NCBI GenBank assembly: GCA_050633305.1
Contig: JBOEGF010000023.1
Location: 128,001-192,000, forward strand
Origin: Nannocystales bacterium
GTDB lineage: Bacteria; Myxococcota_A; Polyangia; Nannocystales; Nannocystaceae
Direction of reading: 5' to 3'
Length of the DNA: 64,000 nt
Every line of letters begins with the position of its first letter. The first letter of the stretch is position 1. The notes below the pieces were generated by a model. That model was not told where the DNA came from, did not search any database, and saw only the letters and a list, made by a program, of their open reading frames with translations. This document shows positions 39,803 to 50,109 of this stretch, one piece after another. Made by a program: the position numbers and the translations under genes.

Positions 39803-41008
39803 TTACTCCAGCATTCGCTCGCGAACGTACGCTCCGTGTCCGCCGAGGTCACCCGGTCCCCAGCCTCCCGCGACGGAAGCACCGGGCGCGAGAATGCAGC
39901 TGGAATCCGGCTGACAGTTGTCGAGCTTCCAAGCGGTCCAGCTGACCTGGTTCTGGTTCATCCAGTCCCGCCAGGCCAGAGCCTCGCTTTCGCAGACCAG
40001 GCCATCGAGGCCCCCGTCCGCGTGGGTTGCGGCCCATTCGGTGGCAAAGAGCGCGAGGCCTTGGCTCAGGGCCACGGTGCCCCGGTTGCGGATCTCTTGG
40101 CCGTGGGAGCACGCGTAGAAGTGCAGCGTGTACACGAGGTTCGTGCCCACGACAGGATCGGCGGCGGCCTCGTCGACGGAAGAGGACCAATTCGGAGACC
40201 CCAAGATGATCACGTTGTCGGGGTCGCCGGCCCGGATCGCCGTCACGACCGCCTCGTGATAGGGCTTCACCGTGCCGCTCCACGAGACTTGCAGCGGTTC
40301 GTTGTACGGCTCGTAGAGCACGTTGGGCAGATGCCCGTATTCGGCGGTCATCATCTCGAAGAACTGGATCGCCTGCGCCTGATGCTGCTCGGCGTGGTGG
40401 TCGTGCCAGTCGATAATGACGTACACGCCCGCGGCGACCGCGTTGTCGACGATGGTGCGCACTTGGCTGAGCGCCTTGTCCGGGTTGGCCAAGTACGCCC
40501 CCTCGGCATCAACCCCCATCGCGGCTCGGATCACGGTGAGTCCCCACTCGTCCCGCATGAACTCCAGCGCGGGTAGGCTCTCGGCATAGCCATCATACTC
40601 CCAGTTGAGCCACATGCTGCTGACACCGCGAAGCTGGATGGCGGACCCGTCCTCGGCCCGAAGGCGTCCATCGGCGACATGGAGCGCCCCGTAGCGCTCC
40701 GTCGGGAGGCCGTCAGGGTTCAAGCCTGAGTCCCCGGTGGGGTCCCCGGTTTCGTCCGTCGGACCCGAACCGCCCGTCGATCCGCTCGATGGGTCCGCGG
40801 GGCCGGGCCCTGCGGAGCCCGCGTCCCCCGAGGGTCCCGGGCCCCCATCATCATCGTCTTCCGCGCTTGAGCTGGGGCTGGCGGTTGATCCGGTCGCGTC
40901 GGTGTCGGTGTCGGCGGCGGACGACTGGTGGACGTCGCAGCCCCCCACAGAGAACGCAACCGCCAGGGACGCGATGGCGAGGCTGGCAAGTGTTCCGAGG
41001 TCCCTCAT
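39803..41008 (-). CDS. GH5 endoglucanase lipoprotein (GH5_2-like)
   Basis: QLRGVSS, IIDWH, YEPYNEP, YTLHFYA, FATEW, SWTAW; lipobox VGGC. Confidence 0.95.
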   Translation of the reverse strand: MRDLGTLASLAIASLAVAFSVGGCDVHQSSAADTDTDATGSTASPSSSAEDDDDGGPGPSGDAGSAGPGPADPSSGSTGGSGPTDETGDPTGDSGLNPDGLPTERYGALHVADGRLRAEDGSAIQLRGVSSMWLNWEYDGYAESLPALEFMRDEWGLTVIRAAMGVDAEGAYLANPDKALSQVRTIVDNAVAAGVYVIIDWHDHHAEQHQAQAIQFFEMMTAEYGHLPNVLYEPYNEPLQVSWSGTVKPYHEAVVTAIRAGDPDNVIILGSPNWSSSVDEAAADPVVGTNLVYTLHFYACSHGQEIRNRGTVALSQGLALFATEWAATHADGGLDGLVCESEALAWRDWMNQNQVSWTAWKLDNCQPDSSCILAPGASVAGGWGPGDLGGHGAYVRERMLE

Positions 41009-41018
41009 GCGCTAGCGG

Positions 41019-41047
41019 GGTGGGATCCAAGGCCCTCAGGGTGATGA
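41019..41047 (-). promoter_or_regulatory. Putative ECF promoter type A: TCATC-N19-CCACC
   Basis: GAAGAAATTC upstream; ends 10 nt before the ATG at 41008. Confidence 0.62.
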
Positions 41048-41214
41048 GAATTTCTTCGGGGCCGCCGTCACCCACACCCACACGCCGACCGGATGCCGTC
41101 GAGCTGACCGCGGGACGCAACCGAGCTTGGACGACGCTTTGGCCCGGTCAGTGGCCGCGGCGGGGCCAGCAAATCATCGGGGGGCAGCTCGGCAACGACT
41201 GGGCGAAGCAGCAG

Positions 41215-41874
41215 CTACTGCTTCACGAAGCGACCGATCACTTCTTCGATCGCCTTCACATCCGTCGCGCCACGTCGCAGCAACCGCGGCCACTCCCCGG
41301 TGCAGTCGAGGATCGTCGAGGGAACCTTTCCCGGACACGCGCCACCGTCGAGGATCATGTCCGGCGAACTCTCGCCACTTCCCGGCGCGCCCAAGCGAGC
41401 GACGACCTCCTGGGCGGTCGCTGCAGGCGTGTCCCCGAACCGGTTTGCCGAGGGCGCCGCGATCCCGACCGTGGCATCGCTGCGTTCGTTGAGCGCCCGA
41501 AGTAACCGTGTCGCGATCGGGTGGTTGGGCATGCGGAGTCCAACCGTGGGTCGCTCTCCGGTGACATATCCCGGAACTGCATCATCCGCGCGCGAGAGCA
41601 ACAGCGTGAGTGCGCCGGGCCAAAAAGCCTCCGCGAGCTGCCGCGCGTAGTCGGGCACCTTGTTGGCGATGGCCGACATGGCCTCCCGCTCGTGCACATG
41701 AATGATGAGCGCACGCGTTCGGGGCCGACCCTTCATCGCGTAGATCCGATCGATCGCCGCCTTCTGGGTGGGCAGGGCACCCACGCCGTAGACCGTGTCG
41801 GTCGGAAACGCGACCACACCACCGTCGAGCAGGACCTCTACGGCCCGATCGATCTGGGCGGACAACGCGACCAT
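41215..41874 (-). CDS. tsaC: L-threonylcarbamoyladenylate synthase (YrdC/Sua5)
   Basis: VAFPTDTVYG, KGRP, FWPGALT, APSAN, PSTI. Confidence 0.93.
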   Translation of the reverse strand: MVALSAQIDRAVEVLLDGGVVAFPTDTVYGVGALPTQKAAIDRIYAMKGRPRTRALIIHVHEREAMSAIANKVPDYARQLAEAFWPGALTLLLSRADDAVPGYVTGERPTVGLRMPNHPIATRLLRALNERSDATVGIAAPSANRFGDTPAATAQEVVARLGAPGSGESSPDMILDGGACPGKVPSTILDCTGEWPRLLRRGATDVKAIEEVIGRFVKQ

Positions 41875-41928
41875 CGGCACCACCCTACCAGACGCGACAC
41901 GTCGGCAATCGTAGGGTAGCTTCCGTCC

Positions 41929-43485
41929 GTGGCAGATCCCGACGCGGTGGTCATCGGCTCCGGACCCAATGGCCTCGTCGCAGCCTGCGTGCTCGCGCAA
42001 GCCGGCGTGAATACACTGCTTCTCGAAACCAACCCCGACCGCTTCGGTGGTGCGGTCGGCTCGGTGCAATCCACGTTGCCCGGGTATGTGCACGATGTCG
42101 GGGCGGCATTCTTCCCCTGGGGCTCCCTCAGTCCCGCGTTCAAACACCTGGGCCTCGAGCAGTACGGGCTGGAGTGGTGCGCGGCGGATATCGAAAGCGC
42201 CCACCCTGCCCCAGATGGAACGATCGCGTGCATCAGCCGCGACCTGGATCAAGCCGCCAAGATGTTCGGCACCCCCAAGGATGGGGACAAGTTTCGCGCG
42301 GTCGCCCAGCACTACCAAAGCATCGAGCCCCACCTCCTCGACGTCCTCATGCGGACGTTCCCCGCGGTCGGGCCCGCGCTTCGCCTGTTTCCTTTCCACC
42401 TGATGCGTATCGGCTCGGTGTTCGGGTCCAAAGGACGATGGGTGGCCGAGCGTTGGTTTGAGTCGCCCGCGGCGCGCCGGGTCATGCCAGGCCTCGCGCT
42501 GCACGTCGATGTGGGCCCCGACGACTGGTTCGGCGCCGCGCTGGGCTACATGCTTGCGATGACTGCGACCACAGGCGGGTACGTGGTTCCCAAGGGCGGC
42601 GCGCAAAGCCTCACCGACGCCCTGCTCCAATGCTTCGAGAGCCACGGAGGGACCGCGCGCCTGGGCACCCGCGTCGACAAGGTCATGGTCCGTGACGGCC
42701 GGGCCCACGGCGTGCGCCTACAAAACGGCGACGAGATTCCCGCCCGGACCGTCCTCGCCGACACCGACGTCGTCGCGTTGCTGCGAAACATGGTCGATGA
42801 GCAGTGGGTCCCCAACCGGATCCTCGAACGGTGCCGTACCTACCCTCGCGGATGGGGTGCGTTCAAGATGGACTGGGCTCTGAACGCCCCGGTTCCCTGG
42901 GCCAACGAGGAAGCCAGACGTGCGGCGGTCGTGCATGCGGGCGATAGCCTGGACGACCTGAGCACGTTCACCGCCCAAGTCCGCGGCGGCAACCTCCCCG
43001 ACAACCCGTACCTGGTGCTCGGCCAGCAGAGCCTCACCGACCCCACCCGCGCCCCCGAGGGCGGCCACACACTCTGGGCGTACTCTCGAGTACCGCCATC
43101 GCTGGAGGGAGGCTGGTCGAAGTCGGGGGAAGCCTTCGCCGACCGCGTCGAGGCCCGTGTCGAAGCGCTGGCCCCCGGGTTTCGCAGCACCATTCAAGCC
43201 CGCGCCATCGTCACGCCGCCCGACCTCGAGGCGATGGACGCCAACCTCGTCGGCGGCGACCTCGGCGGAGGCAGCAACGCGTGGAACCGACAACTCCTGT
43301 TCCGGCCGTTCTTCCCCTACTTCCGCTACAAGATGCCGGTGGATGGCCTTTACCTCTGCTCGAGCTATGCGCACCCGGGCGCGGGCGTGCACGGCATGTG
43401 CGGATTCAATGCAGCGCAGATGGTGCTTGGCGGCGAGAAAGCGCTATCCGCCGCCGCGACCAAGTCGCTGCCCAGCGCGGGGTAA
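41929..43485 (+). CDS. Phytoene-dehydrogenase-like FAD-dependent oxidoreductase
   Basis: VIGSGPNGL, GGAQSL, LYLCSS..HPGAGVHGMCG. Confidence 0.9.
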   Translation: MADPDAVVIGSGPNGLVAACVLAQAGVNTLLLETNPDRFGGAVGSVQSTLPGYVHDVGAAFFPWGSLSPAFKHLGLEQYGLEWCAADIESAHPAPDGTIACISRDLDQAAKMFGTPKDGDKFRAVAQHYQSIEPHLLDVLMRTFPAVGPALRLFPFHLMRIGSVFGSKGRWVAERWFESPAARRVMPGLALHVDVGPDDWFGAALGYMLAMTATTGGYVVPKGGAQSLTDALLQCFESHGGTARLGTRVDKVMVRDGRAHGVRLQNGDEIPARTVLADTDVVALLRNMVDEQWVPNRILERCRTYPRGWGAFKMDWALNAPVPWANEEARRAAVVHAGDSLDDLSTFTAQVRGGNLPDNPYLVLGQQSLTDPTRAPEGGHTLWAYSRVPPSLEGGWSKSGEAFADRVEARVEALAPGFRSTIQARAIVTPPDLEAMDANLVGGDLGGGSNAWNRQLLFRPFFPYFRYKMPVDGLYLCSSYAHPGAGVHGMCGFNAAQMVLGGEKALSAAATKSLPSAG

Positions 43486-43515
43486 ACCGCTGGCCAGGCG
43501 CGTCCGCTCCGAAAC

Positions 43516-44703
43516 TCAGAGCGTGATGCCCTTGGAAGCGCAGATCTTGACGACGTTGTCTTTCTTGGCGCCGCGCAGCTTTCCAACCGCCCGCTTGGCC
43601 TTGCCTTCGTCGCCCATCTTGCAGGCGCACACACCCATGAGGTTGGCAGCCTGTGCGGACCGGCTCGCGTCGTGAGCCTTCTTTGCCAAGTCGTAGCACT
43701 TCGAGAAGTTGCTGAAGGAGGCTTTCTTCGCGTCTTTCAACAACGCATCGGCGTCGACCGCTGGCTTGGCGGGCGGGGCTGGAGGGGGCGGCGTTTTTTT
43801 GCTCGACCCGCCAGACGTGCCCGACCTCGGAGTCTTGCGGCGGTTCTTCTTCGGACGGGAAGCGGGCTCGGGTTCCGGATCGACCTCGACGGTGTCGGGG
43901 GCCTCGGACGGGTCGATGACCTCGGGGGGATCATCGACGGCCACAGGATCCGGGACGACGCCGGCCGGATCGGCCTGCGCCACGCCATCGTCCTCGATGA
44001 CGCCGGGCTCGGCTGCGGCGGCCATGGCTCGCGGATCTTCGGCGACCCGAGGACGCTCTGCCGCCGCAGCGGTGTTGCCTCGCGTTTCGTCGTTGCCGCT
44101 GCCTGCCATCCACGCAAAGGCGAACACCAGTGCACCGACCACGACCGCGCCGGCGCCGATGAGGAGGCCCGTGCTGCTCTTGCGCTCTTCCTCGAACGCG
44201 CCATGCCCGGCTGGACCGGCGATCGCAGGCGCCGCTCCCGAGTCCCCCATGGAATGGACGGGAACCGGACCGGACTGCAACGCCGCGAGGTCCTCGGTGG
44301 ACAGACGCGGAAGGTCGTTGCTGGAGCTCGCCAGCATCGGCTCTTCGGGAGGCCCGCCCAGATCGTTGGCGGCCGTGGGCGCGGGGCTGACCGCCGTCTT
44401 GTCGGCGTTCTCGGTGAGCGTGAGGTGGTAGTCGCCGATCTGGACGACGTCCCCTTCCTTGAGCTCGTTGCGGGCTTCGACCGCCGCCCCGTTGATCTTC
44501 ACGCCGTTGTAGCTGCCGAGGTCTTCGATGGACCACGCTTCGTCGTCGGGCTCATGAAAGAGTCGAGCGTGACGACGCGAGACGTTCTTCTCGGTGAGCT
44601 GGATCGTGTTGCCCTGCTGCCGACCGATCGTGATGGCGTCAGCACCAAGCGGCACGACAGTTGTCGTGCCCTCGTCGTCTTCGATGATGAGGCGAAGCGC
44701 CAT
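43516..44703 (-). CDS. FHA-domain membrane protein
   Basis: ITIGR, NVSRRHA, DLGSYNG; TM, Pro-rich linker, Cys-containing C-terminal helix bundle. Confidence 0.9.
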   Translation of the reverse strand: MALRLIIEDDEGTTTVVPLGADAITIGRQQGNTIQLTEKNVSRRHARLFHEPDDEAWSIEDLGSYNGVKINGAAVEARNELKEGDVVQIGDYHLTLTENADKTAVSPAPTAANDLGGPPEEPMLASSSNDLPRLSTEDLAALQSGPVPVHSMGDSGAAPAIAGPAGHGAFEEERKSSTGLLIGAGAVVVGALVFAFAWMAGSGNDETRGNTAAAAERPRVAEDPRAMAAAAEPGVIEDDGVAQADPAGVVPDPVAVDDPPEVIDPSEAPDTVEVDPEPEPASRPKKNRRKTPRSGTSGGSSKKTPPPPAPPAKPAVDADALLKDAKKASFSNFSKCYDLAKKAHDASRSAQAANLMGVCACKMGDEGKAKRAVGKLRGAKKDNVVKICASKGITL

Positions 44704-44894
44704 CCAGAGGAGAAGGGTAAGGACGCGGCCCAAAGCGTGTCAAGCTGAACGCTGAGCAGGAGGCCTCGAACAGCGTTCAACGTCGGTTTGAAACCGCCCC
44801 GGTACGACGCATGCTCCCTCGTATGCGGAGGTGCGCACGACACCGACGTTCGTCTCAAAAAGCCCCGGTAGATCTCACACCCCCCCGGTGCGTT

Positions 44895-46724
44895 TCAGCT
44901 TGCGCGGCGTCGCGGCCACGCGATCGCCAAGAACAACCCCCACAGGAGTGCTGGGGCGCGACCGGGCTCGGGGCCGACTTGGCAGCCCGACTTGCCGGGG
45001 GAGGAGGCTCCCACATCTGTCGAGCCTTCATCACCCGAGCCCGATGACACGTCGGTGTGACCGGTCGACGAACCACCGGGTTTGCTCTCAACAGAGACCG
45101 AAATCGATCGAAGCTCGCTCCAAGAAGTGTTCCCCCAGACATCGGTCGCCCGGGCTCGGAGCGCGTGTTGCCCCTCTGGAAGCCGTACATGTTCGAAGCC
45201 GAACGGCGGGGTCTCATCGACCGCCAACAAGACCTCGCCATCCACCTCCAGCTCCACGCGATAGATCGGGCTCTCGTCCGCAACCGAGACTTCGACGTCG
45301 ATGACCAGCTCATCGTCGAGGTCGACCAGCATGTCGAGGTCTTCCGCGGGACCGGAGACTTCGACGGTCGGGGCGTCGGCCTCGCGGGCTCCGACCCATG
45401 CGATCGCAGCGGTCACGTTGGGCAGCGGGCCCACATGAACCTCGCCCCCTTGCGCATGCCCCGTCGCGACGAGAAGGCGCCGGACGTCCTGCGGATCCGG
45501 AGGGCTCCCCTCCACCACGACGAACGCCTCGATCAGGAGTGCGGCCGCGCTCACCACCACGGGCAACGCGGCACTCGTGCCCTCGAACGTGTTCGTATAC
45601 GCCTGGTTGTCGTCCTCATCGAGCCGCTGAAAATCGCCGTAGCCCAACGAGAACACGGAAGCGCCCCACCCCTGCAGGTCGATGCGGCGCCCGTGGGAAG
45701 AGAACGGCAGCGCGACGCGGTCGTCGGGAGAACCCGCCCCCACCAGGATCGCCCCGCTGTCCCCCATCGCGGCATAGTCCTCGGCGTCAACGCCATCCAA
45801 GTCGAGCGCGCCATTGCCACCGGCTGCGACGACCAACACGCCAGCATCCGTTGCCATCCGGGTCAGCATCCAGACGTCGGGCTCCAGCTCCGCGGGCCCG
45901 AACTGACCGGTCTGTGGGTGCTGGGCCTGCATCTGCAGCATCACGATGTCCCCAGGCTCAGCCTGCGCCACCGCGGCCGCGACCGCACCGGCCCGCCGAA
46001 GTCCCCCCTCTTCGGTCCACTCCGGGTAGGTGTACACCGCCGCGTCCGGAACCATTCCATCGATGCCGTAGTCGTTGTCCGGCGCGATGAGCATGCCCAC
46101 CGAGGCGGTGCCGTGCTCCGGTGCCAAGCCCATCTCAAACGCCGCGCTTGCGACGGTCTGTCCGGGCTCGGGGTGAAGGTCGACGTCGACGAGGTCCTCG
46201 TGTGTGCCTCGCCAGCCGTACTCAACCTCATGAATCGAAACCCCCGCGCCGCGGTAGCCCTGCGCCCGGGCTCCGTCCACGTCGATACCGACGGCTGCGC
46301 TGCGGTAGCTCTGTGCATCCACGAACGAGGGCGTGGTGGGCCTGATGTCTTCGGGTGACGGCACCGCAGACAGCCGAAGCACCGACCACTCCACCGTGTC
46401 CTGGATGCCGGCCGCGAAGTCGCGCGCGTCCTGATCGGACCAACTCGCAGGGATCTCCGCCGACAACACAGCGCCGAGGTCCGGCTGCGCGAGCCCCGAG
46501 CGCTGCGATGCACGGGCCCGAAGCCGCTGCAAGGATCCCAGGGGCACCGAGAAGGCCGGTTCCCAGCGAAGCCCGGACGGGTCTCCCCCGAGTTGTGTCT
46601 GTTCGGGGAGAACCACAAGGCGGCGTTTGGTCCCGTGGTCGAGCCCGTCGCGGAGCACAGCCGACGTCGTGTCGACGGAGCACCCGCCCGCCACCAACGA
46701 CACCGCCCAGACCCAACGCACCAC
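44895..46724 (-). CDS. S8 peptidase with Ig-like (Big) domain and MYXO-CTERM tail
   Basis: HGT, AAGGNG, FEGTSAA; ARATDVWGN; SGCQVG...LLWGLFLAIAWPRRR. Confidence 0.88.
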   Translation of the reverse strand: MVRWVWAVSLVAGGCSVDTTSAVLRDGLDHGTKRRLVVLPEQTQLGGDPSGLRWEPAFSVPLGSLQRLRARASQRSGLAQPDLGAVLSAEIPASWSDQDARDFAAGIQDTVEWSVLRLSAVPSPEDIRPTTPSFVDAQSYRSAAVGIDVDGARAQGYRGAGVSIHEVEYGWRGTHEDLVDVDLHPEPGQTVASAAFEMGLAPEHGTASVGMLIAPDNDYGIDGMVPDAAVYTYPEWTEEGGLRRAGAVAAAVAQAEPGDIVMLQMQAQHPQTGQFGPAELEPDVWMLTRMATDAGVLVVAAGGNGALDLDGVDAEDYAAMGDSGAILVGAGSPDDRVALPFSSHGRRIDLQGWGASVFSLGYGDFQRLDEDDNQAYTNTFEGTSAALPVVVSAAALLIEAFVVVEGSPPDPQDVRRLLVATGHAQGGEVHVGPLPNVTAAIAWVGAREADAPTVEVSGPAEDLDMLVDLDDELVIDVEVSVADESPIYRVELEVDGEVLLAVDETPPFGFEHVRLPEGQHALRARATDVWGNTSWSELRSISVSVESKPGGSSTGHTDVSSGSGDEGSTDVGASSPGKSGCQVGPEPGRAPALLWGLFLAIAWPRRRAS

Positions 46725-46760
46725 GCTCCGGAGCCTACGGGAACGTCGTCGAACCGTCGA

Positions 46761-49007
46761 CTAGGGGCTGCGCGGTGGAGCCAAAATCGCCCACGGCCGG
46801 CCGCTGCCATCGAGTTCGATCTGCAGTCCGGTCTTGACCGCGTACCCGAGCCCCGCTTCCAACGAGCCCTCGAGAAGGAGGCCGGAGTATGGATCCGGGG
46901 CCGTGGGGCGGGCACCTTCGTTCTTCACGGCCTCGAGGGCTGCGTTGAGCGCGAGCTGTGCACTGCGGCGAGCCTTTCCTTTTGACCACGCATGCACCCA
47001 CGCCAGCGCGGTAACTCGGACCCCATCGTTCTTCGTTTCCGCGGCGAGACGCTCCATTGCGGCCAAGGCAGGTGGCCCTCCTGTGGGGTTCGAGGCGACG
47101 AGCAGGTTCAGTGTCCCAACATCGCCGTAGTCTTCGGAGAGTTGCGCACTCAGAGTCCACGCCTGCTGAGCCACCGAAAGGCCGTCGTTGTTGAGCAGTG
47201 CCATCGCGACGTTGTTCACCGCGCGCGCATCTTCGGGCGTCATGTTGTCGTCGAGCAGTGGTTCGTAGGCCTCGCCGATCGTCTTCCAAGCCGCGGTGCC
47301 GCCGAGCTGCCGTTGAACCAGCAGGACGTCCGCGTGGAGCTCCGCTGCCTCGGGCGAGGAGGCAGGCTCCACGTCCCGCAGCGCGTTGAAAGCCTGTGTT
47401 GCAAAGCTCGCGTCGCTCCACGTCACCGCCAGGTCGGCGAGTGCGCGTACCCGGCGAAGGGCCAGCGCATCGTGATGCTCTCCTTGTGGTGCAGCGACGC
47501 TCGCCATCGTTCCAGCCTGGGTCTGGTCCACCTCGAAGAGTGCGACGGACATCAACAGGCGATAGGCATGGGGATTGTTCGGGATCGATGACTGCAACGT
47601 GACGACCCGGTCGCCAAGCAGGGCGACGTTGCGCAGGTCGACCGTGCCCGCGGTCTCGTACTGGCTGAGCAGCTCCTCCCCAACATCGAGCAACAAGCCG
47701 AGGTACCGAGCGTCGGTGTTGCCCAGCGCGGCGTACCCGTCGATATCCGCTCGCATCCGGGCAACAAGAGGCTCGAGCGCTCGGACCGTGCCTTGCGCAT
47801 CATCGCCTGCCAGCGAGGGCACAATGCTCGACATCGCTGCCATCGCGCGGGTCCCGATCGCAAGCTGATAGTACTGCGCGTCCCCGTTCTTCAAGCCAGT
47901 CTGTGCGTCGATGATTTGGTGGGCCCCGCCAAAGTCGAACTCGGTTTCAACGGCGTGCAAGGCAAGCCCTCCGACGGGACGCGCATCATCAGGAAACGCC
48001 ACACGAAGCGCTTCGAACTCCGCCTTTGCCTGCGCGTGCCGTTCGAGGTCGAGCATCGCGTGCGCCCCCTCGAGTCGGCTCTCCAGCGTCGACGCGTCGG
48101 CGAGTTCCACGATGCGACGCGCCAGGATGCCCTCCGCTTCAACGTCGTCGCTCCCCTGTGCCCCTGCTGCGGCCTGAAGAGCCGCCTCGCCACAGGGCAC
48201 ATCCAGGCCCGCGAAGCACACACGTGCCAAGTCGAGCTGCTCTTGCGCGGAAGCCGACGTGCCGCGCCGCTCCAACGCGAGCTTGGCAGCCGGGATCGTC
48301 CACTCTTCCCCCGTGCCTCGCTCAGCCTTGGCGGCGGCGAGGAGCGCCGTGGGCACAGCGTCATGTTCGGGAGCGTTTCGCAGCAGCTGCGCGACCGTCC
48401 GGCGGTGAAGGGGGCCAGCCGCTCGCATCGCGCCCTGCACCACGCCACCGAGTTGCTGCAACTGCGCAGCGTCCGACGGACCCACCCCCTCCGACGCGGC
48501 AGCTTGGGCAAACATCATGAGGAGCTGCCCGAAGGTGCTCCGATCGCTCGCAAGCATCGGGATGTCGACAGCAGCGTAGGCCCGCTCCAGTTGAGCGAGC
48601 GTGTCCGCATCGGGCGTGCCACGTTGCGCGGCCTGCTCCGCGAGAACGACCGCTCGCGCTCCGGAGCGCATGAGAAACACCATGGAAGCGTCATCCTCGA
48701 ATCCCGCCTTCGCCCGGGCCTGGACCTGAGCCTGTTCGGCCGCCGACTGTTCCCGCAGCGCCTGCCCAGATGCGGACGGGTTCGCCTCGAGTCCGATGAG
48801 TTCGTACATCCAAGGCGGAAGCCCATCAGACAACGGCGCCTGAGCGCCCGGGTCGATCCGGTCCGCGATGTCCTCAGGCGTCATCACGCGCGAAGCGGGC
48901 GCAGGCACAGCGGGCTCGGGACTCTCGGACGCTTGCGGACGGCACGCGACCAAAGCCGCCATCGCGGCCACAAACGCCAAGCTTCGTACGTGGGGGATGC
49001 CCTTCAC
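46761..49007 (-). CDS. Hypothetical helical/TPR-like lipoprotein
   Basis: Lipobox ALVAC; Ala/Leu-rich repeats over 748 aa. Confidence 0.75.
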   Translation of the reverse strand: MKGIPHVRSLAFVAAMAALVACRPQASESPEPAVPAPASRVMTPEDIADRIDPGAQAPLSDGLPPWMYELIGLEANPSASGQALREQSAAEQAQVQARAKAGFEDDASMVFLMRSGARAVVLAEQAAQRGTPDADTLAQLERAYAAVDIPMLASDRSTFGQLLMMFAQAAASEGVGPSDAAQLQQLGGVVQGAMRAAGPLHRRTVAQLLRNAPEHDAVPTALLAAAKAERGTGEEWTIPAAKLALERRGTSASAQEQLDLARVCFAGLDVPCGEAALQAAAGAQGSDDVEAEGILARRIVELADASTLESRLEGAHAMLDLERHAQAKAEFEALRVAFPDDARPVGGLALHAVETEFDFGGAHQIIDAQTGLKNGDAQYYQLAIGTRAMAAMSSIVPSLAGDDAQGTVRALEPLVARMRADIDGYAALGNTDARYLGLLLDVGEELLSQYETAGTVDLRNVALLGDRVVTLQSSIPNNPHAYRLLMSVALFEVDQTQAGTMASVAAPQGEHHDALALRRVRALADLAVTWSDASFATQAFNALRDVEPASSPEAAELHADVLLVQRQLGGTAAWKTIGEAYEPLLDDNMTPEDARAVNNVAMALLNNDGLSVAQQAWTLSAQLSEDYGDVGTLNLLVASNPTGGPPALAAMERLAAETKNDGVRVTALAWVHAWSKGKARRSAQLALNAALEAVKNEGARPTAPDPYSGLLLEGSLEAGLGYAVKTGLQIELDGSGRPWAILAPPRSP

Positions 49008-49111
49008 TGCCGGAGGCTACCAGCCCGGCACTGAAGACGCTCGCTGCTCCACGGGTGCGGATCGGGACGCATCCGCCCGGAAGTGGACGGCGGCACCCGG
49101 TTGTCGAACCG

Positions 49112-50074
49112 CTATTTTTGCTGGCTATCCGAGTCCGGAGCGCGCTCGCCTCGGAGCTGGTGCTCCAGCACGTGGGACAGTGGATAGACCGAAACACCCG
49201 CGTCGAGCAGCTCGGGAAGCTTCGCCGCCAGCACCTCGTACATCTCGGCCGAGGGGTGACCAATCGCGACGGTCGGCCCGATCTTGGACAGCCGTGCAGC
49301 CTCATCCAGCTGCGCTGCTATCGCTTCGGCGGACGCGTCGTGATCGAGGAAGACCTGGCGCGAGAGCGCGGGCACCTCGGCAGCCGCTGCAGCCGCAATC
49401 CCCTGGGTATCGTGATGTGTGCGCGAGTCGAGGAAGAACAGCTTCCGCTTGTGCAACACCATCATGACCGCGTCCATCGCTGCACGGTCGGCAGTCAAGC
49501 GCGAGCCCATGTGGTTGTTGATGCCCACCGCGGCCGGGACCTTCTCGAGCGCCGCCAGGGTCTTGCGTCGGATGGTCTCGACGTCGTCGGTGGTCAGCAG
49601 AAACGACTCCTTCGCCTCATCCCCTTCGTGCATCGCCTCCGTCGCGGAGGGCTCCATCGGCAGATGCAACATCACCTCGCGATAGCGCCGTCGGTCGGCG
49701 TCCAACCGAAGCTGAGCTCCGGCGGCGTAGACCGACCCCGGCAAGATGGAGAACGTCAGGCGGTACCGAAGGGAGACGAGCTTCTCGAACAGGTGAAGCT
49801 CGCGGCCAACATCGTCGATGACGATGGCGAGATGGCCGTCCGACTCCGCCCAGGGAAGAGCCCGATCGCCGTGATCCTCCTGCCACTGCCGGGCGTCACG
49901 AACGACGAACTCCGCCGCTCTCTGGGTTGCCAAGGCATCCTCGGGGAGTTGGCGCGGGGCCTGCGGGGGCCGGGGTGCGATCCAAAAGAGCACCACGGCG
50001 GCTGCGATCCACAGCGGGAGTCCCCAGCTCGGCTTCTCTTCGCCCACCGAGTCCTTCGTACCACCGGGCCGCAT
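49112..50074 (-). CDS. Divergent polysaccharide deacetylase (YibQ-like)
   Basis: LAIVIDDVG, LHLPMEP, GINNHMGS, FFLDSRT, VFLD, AIGHP. Confidence 0.93.
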   Translation of the reverse strand: MRPGGTKDSVGEEKPSWGLPLWIAAAVVLFWIAPRPPQAPRQLPEDALATQRAAEFVVRDARQWQEDHGDRALPWAESDGHLAIVIDDVGRELHLFEKLVSLRYRLTFSILPGSVYAAGAQLRLDADRRRYREVMLHLPMEPSATEAMHEGDEAKESFLLTTDDVETIRRKTLAALEKVPAAVGINNHMGSRLTADRAAMDAVMMVLHKRKLFFLDSRTHHDTQGIAAAAAAEVPALSRQVFLDHDASAEAIAAQLDEAARLSKIGPTVAIGHPSAEMYEVLAAKLPELLDAGVSVYPLSHVLEHQLRGERAPDSDSQQK

Positions 50075-50109
50075 CCGGCCCAAGCTTTCGGGGTTCGGAC
50101 AAGAAGACC

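Noticed and set aside
41929..43485. crtI carotenoid gene call
   Set aside because: No other crt genes nearby; it fits the generic phytoene-dehydrogenase-like family.
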